From Mytilus californianus (lineage: Eukaryota), in the NCBI RefSeq assembly GCF_021869535.1, contig NW_026262593.1:39246001-39310000 (forward strand): 64,000 nt of DNA, read 5' to 3'. The position numbers and the translations under genes are program-made. Positions 29,101 through 41,100 of the stretch are shown piece after piece (positions within the stretch are counted from its first letter, which is position 1; the number at the start of each line of letters is the position of its first letter). Below the pieces are notes generated by a model. It saw only the letters and a list, made by a program, of their open reading frames with translations, was not told where the DNA came from and searched no databases.

Positions 29101-32100
29101 TTTACTACAACATCAATTTTTATTTCAGGAATTGACCATGAATTTAGACTGCTAAATGTTTTCAGATTAAGGTAACTATTTATCAAAGTATTCATTTTAA
29201 TTTTTGCATATTAACAGTAATTTTTACATGGATAAGAGGTTTAATAAAAATCTTTCAGAATGTGATTACTTACAATAGCTTATAAAGTTCTTTACAGTAC
29301 ATAGATGACCTACAAGTAGTACTTGTTTGTACAAGATGACCTTTCACTCCCCTTTTGTCTTTTTCTCTTGAATCCATTTCTTTTTGCCTTTTTCTTCCCC
29401 CATTTGACAGTAATTCCTATAAACTCTCCACTGTTCACTCTTTTCATATGGAAGAAAGAAAAAAGTTTCATGTAGAATCAGTATTTTAGAAGTAATGAAC
29501 TTTGGATAATTAAGGGAAAATCACTTTGTGAACTCAAATTTTTAACTTTTCTGCAAGACAACTGAAACTGTAAATGTTGCCATGATTTATCATCATTTAT
29601 TTTGTAAATAATTGTATACTTTGTTTTGAATCGTCTGTGTAATAAAAAAAAAAAAGTAGATTTAAGATACAAAACATCATCTAAAGAAAAAAATTCAGCA
29701 TCTTTTTCAACAATTTTCTGGCATGAGTTTCATCTGATCAGTTTTTTCTCTTAAACACCTGATGATTCTTCAGATTTACTCTTGATAAAATCAAAATAGA
29801 ATAGACAAGCTGCAAAATAATTGGTTTACATATAGATGGTTCATGCTGTCAACATTTTATTTATATTTAGATACAATATATATGATTTGACAAGTCAGAA
29901 TGTATACTTGGTTACACTAGAGATATCTGTTTGCTGGGAAAGTAACAAACCATGTGTATGGTCTACCTATATACTGCAAAGTACACGACTTCCAAAGCAA
30001 CAACGAAATCTACAGAATGATTTCCGGATTACTAGTAAGTATGATACATCTCATTGGATAGTGATAGAAAATCTTTAGACATTGAGGAATTATCTGCACT
30101 TTAGTGCTCTGCTTAAAAATAATCTGTATCATAGCAAAAAATTTTCAAGTGAATTCATTTTTATGCCCCACCTAGGGGCATTATGTTTTTTGGTCTGTGC
30201 GTCCGTCCGTTCGTCCGTCTCCCGCTTCAGGTTAATGTTTTTGGTCGCTTCAGGTTAAAGTATTTGGTCAAGGTAGTTTTTTAAGAAGTTGAAGTCCAAT
30301 CAACTTGAAACTGAGTACACATGTTCCCTATGAAATGATCTTTCTAATTTTAATGCCAAATTAGAGTTTTGACCCCAATTTCACGGTCCACTGAACATAG
30401 AAAATGATAGTGCGAGTGCGGCATCCGTGTACTATGGACACATTCTTGTCTTTATTTTGATTTTCCATTCATTCCAAATCAGAACTTGTAGTTTTATTGT
30501 TTTGTATAAGAACTTTGATAAACTCTACTACCTTTACATTGGAGAGTGCAGTACATTATATAAATTTTGGATCACTTTTTATTTAGGGCAAACTTGCATG
30601 TAAATTAGAATCAAACTTTTCTTTTCCTCTGGTTCACTTTTTATGCCCCCGCCACAAGGTGAAGTGGGCATTAAGTGTTACCCTTGACCGTCCTTCCGTC
30701 CGTCCCATTTTCGTTTGAAAAGCAAGCTTGAGCAGGGGCATGCGTGTCCTCAAACACATTTTTCTTTTGTTTTTGTATATGATTGATTGATTGATGGTGT
30801 TTACTGCCACTTTCAGCACGATTGTGCTATTTTGTGGCAGTCAGTTTTTATTGGTGGAGGAAGTTTTGTATGTGTGTTGTTGACTTAAAAAAAAATAACA
30901 GAACCAATAAAGTCTGAATGAAATGAAAAACAGCAAGCCTTTATGAAAATGTGTTAAGAATTAAAATGTTGAGAGGAAGTCAGATAAGACATATTCTAGT
31001 TTTAAACAAGACAGTCATGTTCTCAATCTTGTTTAGGTTGAAATTATGAAAAAATAAAATATACTCATAATATTGATTGATTGATTGGTGTTTAACGTCA
31101 CTTTCAGCACTATTGTGCTATTTCGTGGTTTTTTTTTTATACGCCTGTCAAAATTTTGGTGTGACGTATTATGGTATACAAATGTCCGGCGTCCGACTGT
31201 CTGTCTGTCCGTCTCACCGTAACTTGAGAACGACTTATCCAAATTTCATGAAACTTAACATAGTTGTTTCTTATGATATTCAAACGATCTGTATACATTT
31301 TGGTGAAAATAAGATTAAAACTTTTTGAGTTACGGGACTTTGTAACTAAAACAGGGGGGGTGTTTTTTTTCACATTTCGTGCCGTATCTCAAAAACGATT
31401 TATGATTATTGCTTAAAACTTTACACACTTCTTAGTTATATTAATCTAAAGATCTGTATACTTTTTGGTGATGATTCATAATTTTATTTCAGAGTTATTG
31501 AGTTTTTTTGTAAGAAAAGGGGGGGGGGGGAGGTTTCACATGTCGCGCTGTTTCTCAAAAACGATTTATGATTATTGCATAAAACCTCACACACAAGACG
31601 ACGGGCGTATCATGCGCTCGTGGCGCAGTTGTTTATTAATATCTGAGATAACCATGACCTTCGGTAGAAAAATGACAATCCTAGTTAATTAAGATTGAAG
31701 TTGAACGGTGCGTGCCGAATTGGAACTCACAAACTCAGTGTTGACAGGCTAGTGATACAGTAGTTTTACTACTTAGTCCACTTTGCCGCCATAGCTCCCT
31801 ATATACTCATAATAGATTTACATTTTAAATGATTCATCCTTTTTAGATTTTGACCTGTCAGACTGGGCTACAGAGAGAAGTATTAATTCTACACAACTGA
31901 GTAATCTTGATCTGTTGAGACTATACAATGATTTGGACATTGGATGGTATCTAACAAATATTTGTGAAAACAACACAACTCAGACAGAGAGCTGGATGTC
32001 TGGTATGTACTATTTTTTTATTCCCAGTTTTTCATGTTTTTATGTCCCCTGAATTTTTTTTGCTACTAAACAGAAAGACTTCTTCTTTTGTCAGCAACTT

Positions 32101-35100
32101 GACAGTGATGAATTGTAATGTGTGTGCTTAAAGGATCTGGCATACACCTATTTCCTGTTTTCCAATACTTTGGACTTTTCAATATGTTAAATGAAAACAA
32201 ATATTTTCATCACTTTTCTCAGGAATTATTTATTGATCAGAAGGACTTAACATTTGGTCAGCAATTTGGCAGTAGTGAGTTTTAAGGTGGGTACACTTAA
32301 AGGATCTTCTAGACACCTACTTTCTGCTTGCTGATACTTTAGATATAAATTCAATGAATATTCACAGTCACAAAGCCTATAACTGTTTTCTTTTCAGAAT
32401 GTATGGAATCTATAGAATTACCAGAACTTCCACCCACAACAAAATGTCATCTGTATGAGTCGTGTACCAACAACAGTTGCTGTGTAGAGGTTCCTGTCCT
32501 GCAAAGGTCTTTCAACATATTCTTATATCTGGATACCTGTAACCTGAAGTTGTTTGTTGGGATAGAAAAACTGCAGTATGTTCAGATGTTGTTTAACTAC
32601 CAATGGGGAGCAAACAGTTCCTTTTGGTTAAATGGAATCCTTAGACTGAAGTAAGTGAATTGTAGTACAAATACTTAAATATGTTAGATTTTGTTTCTGC
32701 ATAAAATTTCGAACTTACATTAACACCAGTTTTGTATTGGAAAAACCTGAAGAAAGTGTCACTAAGTAAATGTGGAATTTATGTGTGCACAAGTTATATA
32801 TATTTGTTAAGGAGTAACATGTATGACATTTTTTGTTTGTTTTGTTTAGTAATGTATTGTTAACATCTACTGTTAATTTTGTCATTTTTGTTATGAAAAT
32901 AAGTCAATTACTCAATTTCTACTTCAAAAAAGTTATAGCATACTAAGGGGACAATCAAATTCATAACCCAAATAATGACCATTAACATAATCACCATAAA
33001 AAACAGAAAGCAGCAAAATACATCACAGAAATTATTTTTCTGGTTTGTGCATCCATTTGTGGCATTAAACACCAACAATCAATCAATTCAATGTATAAAT
33101 GATGGGACAGCCCCAACTTGATTCAAATCTTAATAAAATTTATATTTTTTTGTTATTCGTGTAATTTCTTTTTCAAATACTCTCTTCAGCTATCAGGTAC
33201 ATAATTTACGCTATGCTAAGAAGTATAGATTATCAGTGTCACTTGAAGTATGCATGTCATCAAGGGAACCATGTTTACACCATATAACAATACTTGACAA
33301 TGTTGACATGCCCAAAGAAGAATGTGATTGGAGACAGAACTACACAATACCTAGTAAGTATTACTTCATTATACCCCACGCAACACACGTCTGTCCGTCC
33401 GTCTGTCCGTCCGTCAGTCCTGTTTCTTGTCATCGCAACTCCTCTCAAACCACACAACAGAATTTAACGAAACCTTTTTAGATAATAAGGACATACTATG
33501 TAATTGTTGCATATCGACAGGAAATTACGATTTAATTTTTTTTCTAGGAGTTACGCCCCTTTGAACTTATTTACTTTAATGTACTGCTGCAACAGTTTGT
33601 CATCTCAACTCCTCTGACACCACACAACAAAATTTCATGAAACTTTGTAGATAATAAGGACATACTACGTAGATGTGCATATCGACAGGAAATTACGATT
33701 CAATTTTTTTTCCAGGAGTTACGCCCTTTGAACTTATTTGCCCAATATACTACTGCAACCTTTTGTCATCGCAACTCCTCTCAAACCACACAATAGAATT
33801 TCATGAAACCTTTTCAGATAATAAGGACATACTACGTAGATGTGCATATCGACAGGAAATTACGATTCAATTTTTTTTCTAGGAGTTACGCCCCTTTGAA
33901 CTTATTTGCTTCAATATACCTCTGCAACAGTTTGTCATCAAACTCCTCTGAACCCACACAACAGAATTTCATGAAACTTTGTAGATAATAAGGACATACT
34001 ATGTAGATGTGCATATTGACAGGAAATTATGATTCAATTTTTTTTTCTTATACAATTTTTTTTTCTTACAGTTATTTTATTTCTCCAGTGACAATGTGGG
34101 GACGTGGGGTATGTGAGCGCGCTCACTAAGGTTCTTTAATTATTTAACTATTGTAATGACAAAAAAAGACGAAGTATATTTACACACAAGTTGAGTGTTT
34201 CCAAATATTATGCAAGACAACAGTAAAATATGTCAAATTCTTTTTAATTTCTAGCAAAGTGATAATGTTATTCATCAAAAAGGCAGGTGAGTGATAAATG
34301 CTCCTTGGAGCCCTTAGTTATCCAAGTATGGTTACTGTTACATACCTGAAGACGTAAAATGTATACAGATATTGTAAGTGATAATAGCTTAACTTTTTCA
34401 AAGATTAGAAGTGAACTTCTTCAATTTTTAGATTTTGCATACAGTAATTGGCGGAATAAGAGGCTGAACCTTCACGATATTTCTGACCAAGACCTGATTT
34501 TACAGTTGAATGAGGAAACTGGGATAGGATTTTACTTAGAAGAGAACAAATGCTCAGACAGCTTAGATAACTATATCTTAGAGTCGAGTAGGTTATTTCT
34601 GTACACTTTTTTAATGACTGATGTAATAAGACATTGTTTTTCAGTCCATCATATTTTGTACTATATCTCGAGTGTGCTCCTACCAAATCTCATTAAAATA
34701 ATTCAATGTATTCTTAGAACCAATAAAATAACATGGCATTGGATTTTGAAAATTCTCTGAATAAGTTGAATGTACTTACTGTGACTTGACTGTAAGTGTT
34801 GCTCTCCACTTATTGCAACTTATTCAAAATTCTGACCAAATTGCAATTTCTTTTATAAAACCAAACTGTTCAACTGGTCAGAAATTTGAACAAACTGCTG
34901 CAGAAAACTAGTCAAGTCGTGAAAGTGCAAGTGATAATATAAAGCATACTTACAATCCTATAAGACTTTAATTTCACTTCAATGTTATTATGAAAAATCA
35001 GTCTAACAGTTTGTATAGAAATTTTATTGTTATTGTCATGCTAAAGGGGATAGGTAGTAATTTTGAATTGCTATTTTCAAAATTACTACCTAACTAAGCT

Positions 35101-38100
35101 TTCATACAATTTTTCTTTCAAAAAGTCTTCTATATTCATCAGAATCAGACATCATTTGAATTAAAACATTTTATATTCAGTAAAATATATGTGAAATTAC
35201 AATACGTTGTCAGGAAGTTTCCATGGGAGATAATCAAGTTTTCTTTCGAAAAGTCTTCTATATTCAAAAGAATAATGTTTTAGGTTATCTCCCATGGAAA
35301 CTTATTAACAACGTATTGTAATTTCACATATATTTTACTGAATGTAAGATGTTTTATTTCAAATGATGTCTGATTCTTATGAATATAGAAGACTTTTCGA
35401 AAGAAAAATTGCACAAAAGCTTAGTTTGGACATTTTTATAGCAATTCAAAATTACTACCTATCACCTTTAGCATGACAATAACAATAAAATTAATCCACA
35501 TCACTTTGAAAACGGCCCCACCCATTTCCCTCCCCCCTGTGTATGTGTATAGTGTGTATGTGTATATATGCTGTTGGAATCTAGACCAGTCTCAGATCAG
35601 ATGCATGTTAATGTCTAACTCTGATCGGAATCCAGTCAGGAAACCTGTGAATCCAGATGGTTACTAGTGTAAAACAAAGACATGTTTGGGAAAAGAACCA
35701 CAGTTTAATGCTTAAATTTCATATTAATAAAACACAAACAACAGTACAGTTTGAAAACAATACACAAATTAATTAATTAATAATCTGTGGTATTCCACTC
35801 AAGGGAATATTACATTTATAATATGAAACCAAAACTGTGTGTTCTTGTAATATAATCTACTCTACACATTTATAGAATATACAGTTAAATTAAATCAATT
35901 ATATATCTATAATTAGTTGATGAAGCAACCTAAACATCTCAATAAAAATTAAAAATAAAATAGGGTGGGTGAGGATGGGATTTTAAATTCGCTAATGCCA
36001 AATTGCAATGCGTCTGCTTCATGCAGTTGTATTATCTAGAATGCCTAAATGAGGCGCGCAGTAATTAAAACAAAAGGATGATAATTAATTAATTATCTCT
36101 GCCGATTGGATAATTTGAAATAAGGGCCTTGTTCTGATTGGTTCCCTTCCCACATCTCACAAAGCAATAATAGAGAGCGAGATGTCAAGAGTGGCCAGTA
36201 GGGAATTCCTTATATCATTGGTTGTTATTAATAGATATAAGCTGAAATAAAATACCCAATCGGCAATAAGGACAGGTAATGCATGTGCGATGATACATGT
36301 CAACATGCTGTGTATTAATAATCCATTTTTCTTGTTAATAAAAATATCACATTAATCCACATCACTTTGAAAACGGCCCCACCCATTTCCCTCCCCCCTG
36401 TGTATGTGTATAGTGTGTATGTGTATATATGCTGTTGGAATCTAGACCAGTCTCAGATCAGATGCATGTTAATGTCTAACTCTGATCGGAATCCAGTCAG
36501 GAAACCTGTGAATCCAGATGGTTACTAGTGTAAAACAAAGACATGTTTGGGAAAAGAACCACAGTTTAATGCTTAAATTTCATATTAATAAAACACAAAC
36601 AACAGTACAGTTTGAAAACAATACACAAATTAATTAATTAATAATCTGTGGTATTCCAAACTTCCCAAACATGTGTGGTGTAACCAGTAGAAGGTAGGTT
36701 AAATGGTTTATTATTTCCCCAGGGCAACTGCAAATTTGTTCATGACTTCCTGTCTGTGTGCAAAAGAAGGGTCCAAGTATGATTTGTATGCATTAGATTT
36801 CCAATCACCCTGTGATTGTATGAGATCAGCTGGAACCCCACATTCTAAGGCAAAGGAGGCCCCTCCTCTGCGAAAACTATGTCCCGAATATTTGCTGCTG
36901 TCATAACCCAACCTAGATAAGTTCTGTTTTAGCATTTTTACAAAGGCTGTATATGTAAGAGGGGTAACCTTGCCTCGTACTAAATACAGGAAGACAGGTG
37001 AGGGGGCTGACACTGCTGGCACCTGTTTAAAATTTAAAAGAAGCGCCTTAGAGGGACATAAATGAGAATTCTTCACTCTAGGAAGGGGAATTTCTAATAT
37101 ACGCTCTGAAAATTGAATTGTTTTGGTTTTGCGTACTTTTAAACAGACACCATCTGAGTGAAAATGGATTTCCTCACGAGTAAAATGTCGCAAAGGATCA
37201 AAAGCTGAAATTGAAGGGGCAAACAAATTTGACTTCCTTAAAAAGGAGAAAAAAGCCACTAAGCAGGCTGCCCAAAAACACAAGTCCTTACTACTGCTGA
37301 CTGACAGTAAAGTAAATATCTCATTCAAAATTTTTGGTGTAATAGGCAATTTTCTATGTATGGCAGCACCTAACACACGTTTAGCACCCTTGAGTACTGA
37401 CTCCATAAAAAAGGAATCTATCGGAGATGCAACTCCTGATTCTAAATGTAGCAACCGCACAATTGACAAATAATTTGTTATGGAATTAAATTGTAACCTT
37501 GAAGATAAATAGGCTACATATCTGGCTAAATTCATAGGACTTAATGGAACAAGGGTAATATTTAATCTTCTACAAAATTCTGCGTATGACTTGAAATAGT
37601 TTAAATATGTCTTTTTGGTAGATTCAGCATAAGTATGACATCTAAAGTTAGCAACAATACTATATAGTGATCTCACCTCCCTCGATACCAGTGAGCCTAA
37701 ATAAAAGAAAACGAAGGGCATTACTAGACATGTGCCTAACAAGATCCTGTAAATACAGTGGCGGTCGAACATAATCACGCAAAAATTGTTCACAGAAAGG
37801 TAGATCATGCATCCGTGAAATACAGTCTGCTAGTATATTCGTTTTGCCTGGAACATGCTTAGCTATCAAGTGAAAATTATACGTTGCTGATAACCAAAAG
37901 AGCTCACGCAAAAAGGACATCAAAATAGCATTTTTTGATGTACCTTTATTAATGCAACTTACAGTTACCGCATTATCGCAATGAACTATAATACGCTGAC
38001 CACGCCAATATGGGGCCCATCGCTTTACTGCTAACGCCACTGAGAAAGCCTCTAATTCATTTATGTGAAGTTTCAAAGCAAAGGGGTGATCTTCTGCCCA

Positions 38101-41100
38101 ATTTACATAAAACCAATCATTTTGATAGACACCCCCTCCACCTGATTTACAAGCATCAGTAGCTACAGAGGTGATAGGAACCTTTGAAAGTAAAATTGAC
38201 TTCCCATTAAAAGTTGAAATAAAGTTATGCCACCACTTTATATCTTGCAATATTTCGCCTGTCAGACGCAATTTATGCCAATCTAGCTTTAATCGCATGA
38301 TGCCGTTTATAATTCTACGGAGAAAAACTCTCCCGCCTCGAACCACAGCAGACGCCCAATTAAGCTTTCCCGCTAAAGATTGCAATTGCTTTTTTGAAGC
38401 ACGCTTACGCAATAAAAATTCAGCTAATTCTGATTTCAAATCATGCAATTTTGCAATAGGAAGTCTAGTTTCTAAAGTAGTAGAATCTATCTCAACCCCT
38501 AAAAATACAATCTGTTGGCAGGGGTCTGTTACTTTAGACCAGCTGATACAAAAACCTAACTTCCTGAGCAGCGCAATTAAAATTGCTAACGCCTGAGCGC
38601 AGCGCTTCTTTGTCTTCTCGCAAATAAAAAAATCATCTAAATATGCCACAATGGTGAAGCCTCTACGTGACATCATTCTGCGAATTGCCTGAGATAATCT
38701 ATGAAAAATACCAGGTGCTAATTTTGATCCAAACGGAAGTTTTTTATCTATGAAAGTATAATCATGACCATCAGGAAAAGTCCATGTAAGCCCAGTGACC
38801 TCTCTACTTTGTTCACTTATTTTGACAGATCTGTAAGCGGCCTTTAGGTCCACTTTTGACATATAAAAATTTTTTGAAACTAACTTGCATGCATCATCTA
38901 CTGTTTGAAATTTTTGTTTATCAAATTCTCCTGCAAAATCATTTACTGCAAAACCTATTGGTCTGCTACAATCATGAATAAAATTTCTATACAAACTGTT
39001 AGACTGAATTTTCATAATAACATTGAAGTGGAATTAAAGTCTTATGGGATTGTAAGTATGCTTTATTTTATCACCTTGCACTTTCACGACTTGACTGTGG
39101 TTTTCTACAGCAGTTTGTTCAAATTTCTGACCAGTTGAACAGTTTGGTTTTATAAAACAAATTGCAATTTGGTCAGAATTTTTGAATAAATTGCAATAGG
39201 TGGAGAGCAACACTAACAGTCAAGTCACAGTAAAACAATATTTCTTTACCTATTTCTTAAATACTACTGCATGGAATGACTTCATATTTGGTCTGCAGCT
39301 CAGTTTTATATTTTTTCAGATTGTTTAAGGTTTAGAACCACTTTTTACATTCTTCAAAACGTTTTTTTTGCAACATAACAGGCATGACTATCTTGGTGTA
39401 ATAGATTATATAATAATTTTTATTTCTTTTCAGATTGTTCAACATTTATTAGTATGGTACCATTAAATGGACCTGTCAACTGTTATATCAATGAACAGTG
39501 TAATTCTGTGGACTGTTGTGTCTATGATAAGAAGACCCTGAGAAGCTACAATGTATTCATTCATATAGATTCCTGTAATGATAATATAGATGTTGGTATC
39601 GAAGGTTATAAATTTTCAAAGTCTCTTCTTGATTTTATTTGGAGTAAGTATTTTTTTTCACTATAGTTTACAAAAATTATTCAGTCTGTATGCTCAGCTT
39701 CTCTACATTTATATCTTGAATTTTGCTGTACATGTATTTATAAATTCTGTCTTCTATAAACAATCTTCTTTGCCAATGCAATATGCGGTATACTTTTTTT
39801 TTTTTCTAAAGCTAAATTTTGAGAGAGAAAAAAAAAATCTTTACGACAAAAAAAATTATCATGAAGTTTTATTATCAAGGTACATGATACAAGCTTCTTG
39901 GAACTTCTAGTTAAAATGTTGTCACTTTCATATGGGTATACATTTCTTTCTTTTTTTTTTTAGAAAAACAGTATGATGTTTACCTTGGAGGAATATTACA
40001 ACTAAGGTGAGTTGTCTTTGCCTTATTATGCAAAATTTACTCCAAAATTAATTTCTTTTGTATATGTCTATTTTGAATCTTGTCCTGACTTCATTAAATT
40101 TCAAGTACAGATAACTCTAATCAGAAAACACATGTTTGTTTATGGTTTAGTAGCAGGATTTGTGATAAAACTTTTGAACATGCCATGAAATTTCTGACGA
40201 GTTTTGTAGAAAAAGTATTTCTGTGTCAGAGTTAATTGCAAATTTATTTGTCTTTTTGTTTGGTATAAGCTTCAAATGAAAGTAAATCATTGCATGGAAC
40301 AGAAATCAGATTTTTAGTTGATAGCTAATAATAGGGAAACATGTTTTAACCTAGCTTATTTTGGACTGAAGTTTTTGTTTCATTAGACAGTTTGAAAAGA
40401 TTGACTAAGCAAATACTTTTCATTGAAAGGATTCAGTTGTAAACAGCCTTTGGTTTAAACATTTCACTGTAAATATAAATGTTAGTATCTATTATTATTT
40501 GTAGTTTCCAACTTGAAGACTTGCCTGGAAGGAGCAGCTATATTATAAACGTGAAAATAAGCATATGTTGGGATTCTAAAACAGCTTGTGATTACAGTAC
40601 TACAGTCCTCGAAAATGTTATACTGGAGAAAAAAGTTTGTGAATGGAAGATGTTGTTCCTGAATCAAGGTATCCATACAGGTTATTCCTATGCATCTCTG
40701 TAATGTTAGATAAGATAGGCATTGTGTAGTTAGCAAGGATTTGAATATTTTATAACAAAACCATATTTTGTTTATGTTCTTCACATGCTTCACTTGAAAT
40801 ATGTCATGATGTTGTTTCTTTGTACAGAATTTTCATTGAGGAAATGGGAAACTGAGAGTGGATACCCAGCAAATTCAACTTTACATGGACAAGCTTTGAC
40901 AGATTTACTTGAAGAAATTGGTGTTTCTAAGTATTATGCAAATAACCAGTGTAATAGTAGCAGTCCTCAGTACTTACCACGGTCAACAGATGGATGGAAC
41001 AGTAGTAAGAGATATTCATATTCTGCTAATAGCTATAACAGTACTAAAACATAATGAACTTCTTCCTTATTGTTGATTTGAAATTAAAAGCAGTTTTCTA

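Larger units (their letters stand above)
35490..38985 (-). mobile_element. 5'-truncated Ngaro/PAT-type tyrosine-recombinase retrotransposon with split direct repeats
   Basis: Overlapping RT-RNaseH and YR ORFs, followed by direct repeats B1 (36351-36658) and B2 (35490-35797) separated by a 553-bp segment (A2); no gag or A1 present. Confidence 0.9.
34779..39230. mobile_element. foldback MITE (TA TSD) split by the Ngaro element
   Basis: TA|CTGTGACTTGACTG ... CAGTCAAGTCACAG|TA; long inverted arms; right arm continues from 35492 to 38986. Confidence 0.85.

Noticed and set aside
38171-38596. 141-aa + strand ORF
   Set aside because: Antisense shadow of the RT-RNase H ORF.
38986-39015. Start codon and first residues ([11 protein letters not shown]) of the RT ORF
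   Set aside because: These bases match the foldback MITE arm, not the retroelement; the apparent start is a fusion artefact.
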